A DNA stretch of 64,000 nt, taken from the NCBI GenBank assembly GCA_029953675.1, contig JAMWBK010000009.1:248001-312000 (forward strand). The letters are read 5' to 3'. Made by a program: the position numbers and the translations under genes. This document shows, piece after piece, positions 62,254 to 64,000 of the stretch. Below the pieces are notes generated by a model. That model ran no database searches. It was not told where the DNA came from and saw only the letters and a list, made by a program, of their open reading frames with translations. Source of the DNA: Rhodosorus marinus CCMP1338. Taxonomy: Eukaryota; Plantae; Rhodophyta. The first letter of the stretch is position 1. Each line of letters opens with the position of its first letter.

Positions 62254-64000
62254 TTAGCGAACTGGAGTCGGTACAAAACCATTTGGATTCCAGTACACGT
62301 CCTCGCCTTGGACGTCACCGTTTAGGAGGACGTGTGGAATCACCTTCGGCCCCAGAGGCAGCCCTTCCAGCAGCTTGGGTGTTATAATAAATGTTTGTTG
62401 CGATTCTCCAGTCGTCGCGTGGTCGATCATCATCCCCATGAGCGCTCGTTCGTTCCTTTGATCCACCCCTTGGTTCATCTCGTCAACGATCTGTGTTTGG
62501 CCATAGGAAAAAGAATCTTAGCCAAACTCGCCCTTTCCTGAAGAGTCAATATATGAGCAGCGGACAGCACTAACCCGGAAGGCAGCGTTGGGCGTTAAGC
62601 GCTGCAGAGCGAAAATGTAAATCATCGTAGCCATCATCTGCTCCCCACCGGACTGTACGCTGGCCTTCAAGGAGGTCAGGTCATCCTTATCCCGATAGCT
62701 GACTCGGATATCGACTTCTAAGTCTCGAACACCTCCCTCGTCCTTCAGCATGACCATCCCGCTGCAGTCGATCAGCTTGTAAAGCTCTGCAAACTTTACG
62801 CTGATGTCATCCACCTGTATGCCGACCGAGCTAACTTTCAGAAACCTGCTGGATGGATGGGGCGCCCTGTACTACAACGATGGCTCTTCGTAGAGAACTT
62901 ACGAATGATTTGACCTTGACGATGAACTCATCCTTTCTCTGATCAAGGTCTACCTTTTTGCGTTCACTAACAGCTTGATCATTTCCTATTCTCCTCTCAA
63001 GCTCCGCAATCTGCGTCCTTCGCTTCTCGTAGTCCCGGATAACCATGTCATTCGCAAAGAACGCCTCAGCCCTCGCCGTTTCGTTTTCGATCAAGTCTTG
63101 GAGCTCCTCCAGATCCTGCGGCAGCGTTGCAAACGTCTGTCGCGCCTCGGCGTCACTGCAGTAGAGTAGAACAGCACTGAGATCAGTATCGCGTGCGAAC
63201 GCATGCTGAGGTCAGTGAACTTCCTGGCATACATATTTGCCTCCCTCTCCGCACGAGTCTTGCACGCTCGCATTTCCTTGACCGAGTCCCGGTAAGCTGT
63301 ACTAAGATCCTGCATTACATTTCGTAGCTGATCCACAGACGCTTCCAGTGATCGCAGACCGCGAGTCTTGATCTTTTTCTCCTGTAGCGCCGTGTTGTAC
63401 AGGGCTGTTCGCAAGTACGAACGGGAAAGACATTTTCAGCTGAAGTAGCTAAGCAGACATCCTATCTCTTCTGTCCACCATGGTTTTATGAACACGTACC
63501 AAGCCGTGAGTCAAATTCCTTCAGCTTGCTCAGCTGCTCCTCGTGTTTTGTCAAGAATTTTTGAATCTCGTCCTTGAAAGAGGACCTCATTTCATTGAGC
63601 TTTCGGCTTTGGGATTCCACAGTCCTAGAATTGTAATTCCTCTCCTCATCTTCGTATTGAGCGATCGAATCCTTGCAAGCCTTGATGCTGTCGTCCAGCT
63701 TCTGAACTGCGCGTCGCTTCCTCTTCAGGCCCTCAATGGACTCCCCAACCGAGCCACCCTCGCTGGCACACATTGCGCTTTCCTGCAGCAGTGGGTAGTT
63801 CTCACGATCAGATCGTGATTCCTAGCAGAGGCCGTCTAGAGTCCAACAATCATGCCGATATGTTCACTCACCGCGCTGAGTTCCTTCATTTTCGCAACAG
63901 CAGCTTCACGTTGGTGAACGGCCTCGTCAATGTCTTTTCTGAGCCGGTCAATTTCCCCTCTGTCCTCCTGGCTTTCTGCGAAAAACCTTGCGGGCTTCAA
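62254..64000 (-). CDS. SMC5: SMC5, 3' portion (gene continues beyond the window)
   Basis: Coiled-coil exons, then QSGGE signature, FRV|VDEMNQGVDQRNER Walker B/D-loop and FIITPKLL. Confidence 0.92.

Overview
A compact eukaryotic nuclear region with many short (about 50-170 nt) GT-AG introns, separated by AT-rich spacers. It is most consistent with a unicellular red alga. This is an inference from M-x-(x)-F plastid-type transit peptides, a Hog-type Hint protein and the intron sizes; I cannot name the species. Recognisable genes, in order: PINX1-like G-patch protein, an LLPH/DUF2423-like protein, a plastid-type TrhO (rhodanese-family tRNA U34 hydroxylase) fused to a family-3 O-methyltransferase, a membrane protein with a toxin-like HNH/His-Me finger, a C2 protein, an S6K-like AGC kinase, a secreted FG-GAP propeller-Hint protein, IES6, a repeat-rich SAP protein, two tandem SnoaL/NTF2-like genes, SLC35B1, MOCS2B, an ANTH-like protein, a GT54-like glycosyltransferase, a NuSAP-like protein, PDSS1/COQ1 and the 3' part of SMC5. 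Positions 6.7-11.4 kb are a scrambled mosaic of CRE-type non-LTR, Ty3/gypsy and Ty1/copia fragments with fold-back repeats at junctions. A second decayed gypsy patch lies near 25-26 kb. The best candidate for an undescribed system is the TrhO-methyltransferase fusion, a possible one-polypeptide plastid mo5U34 tRNA synthase. No CRISPR array, rRNA or tRNA gene was seen. Exon structures were read by eye. Family calls come from remembered motifs; no database search was run.
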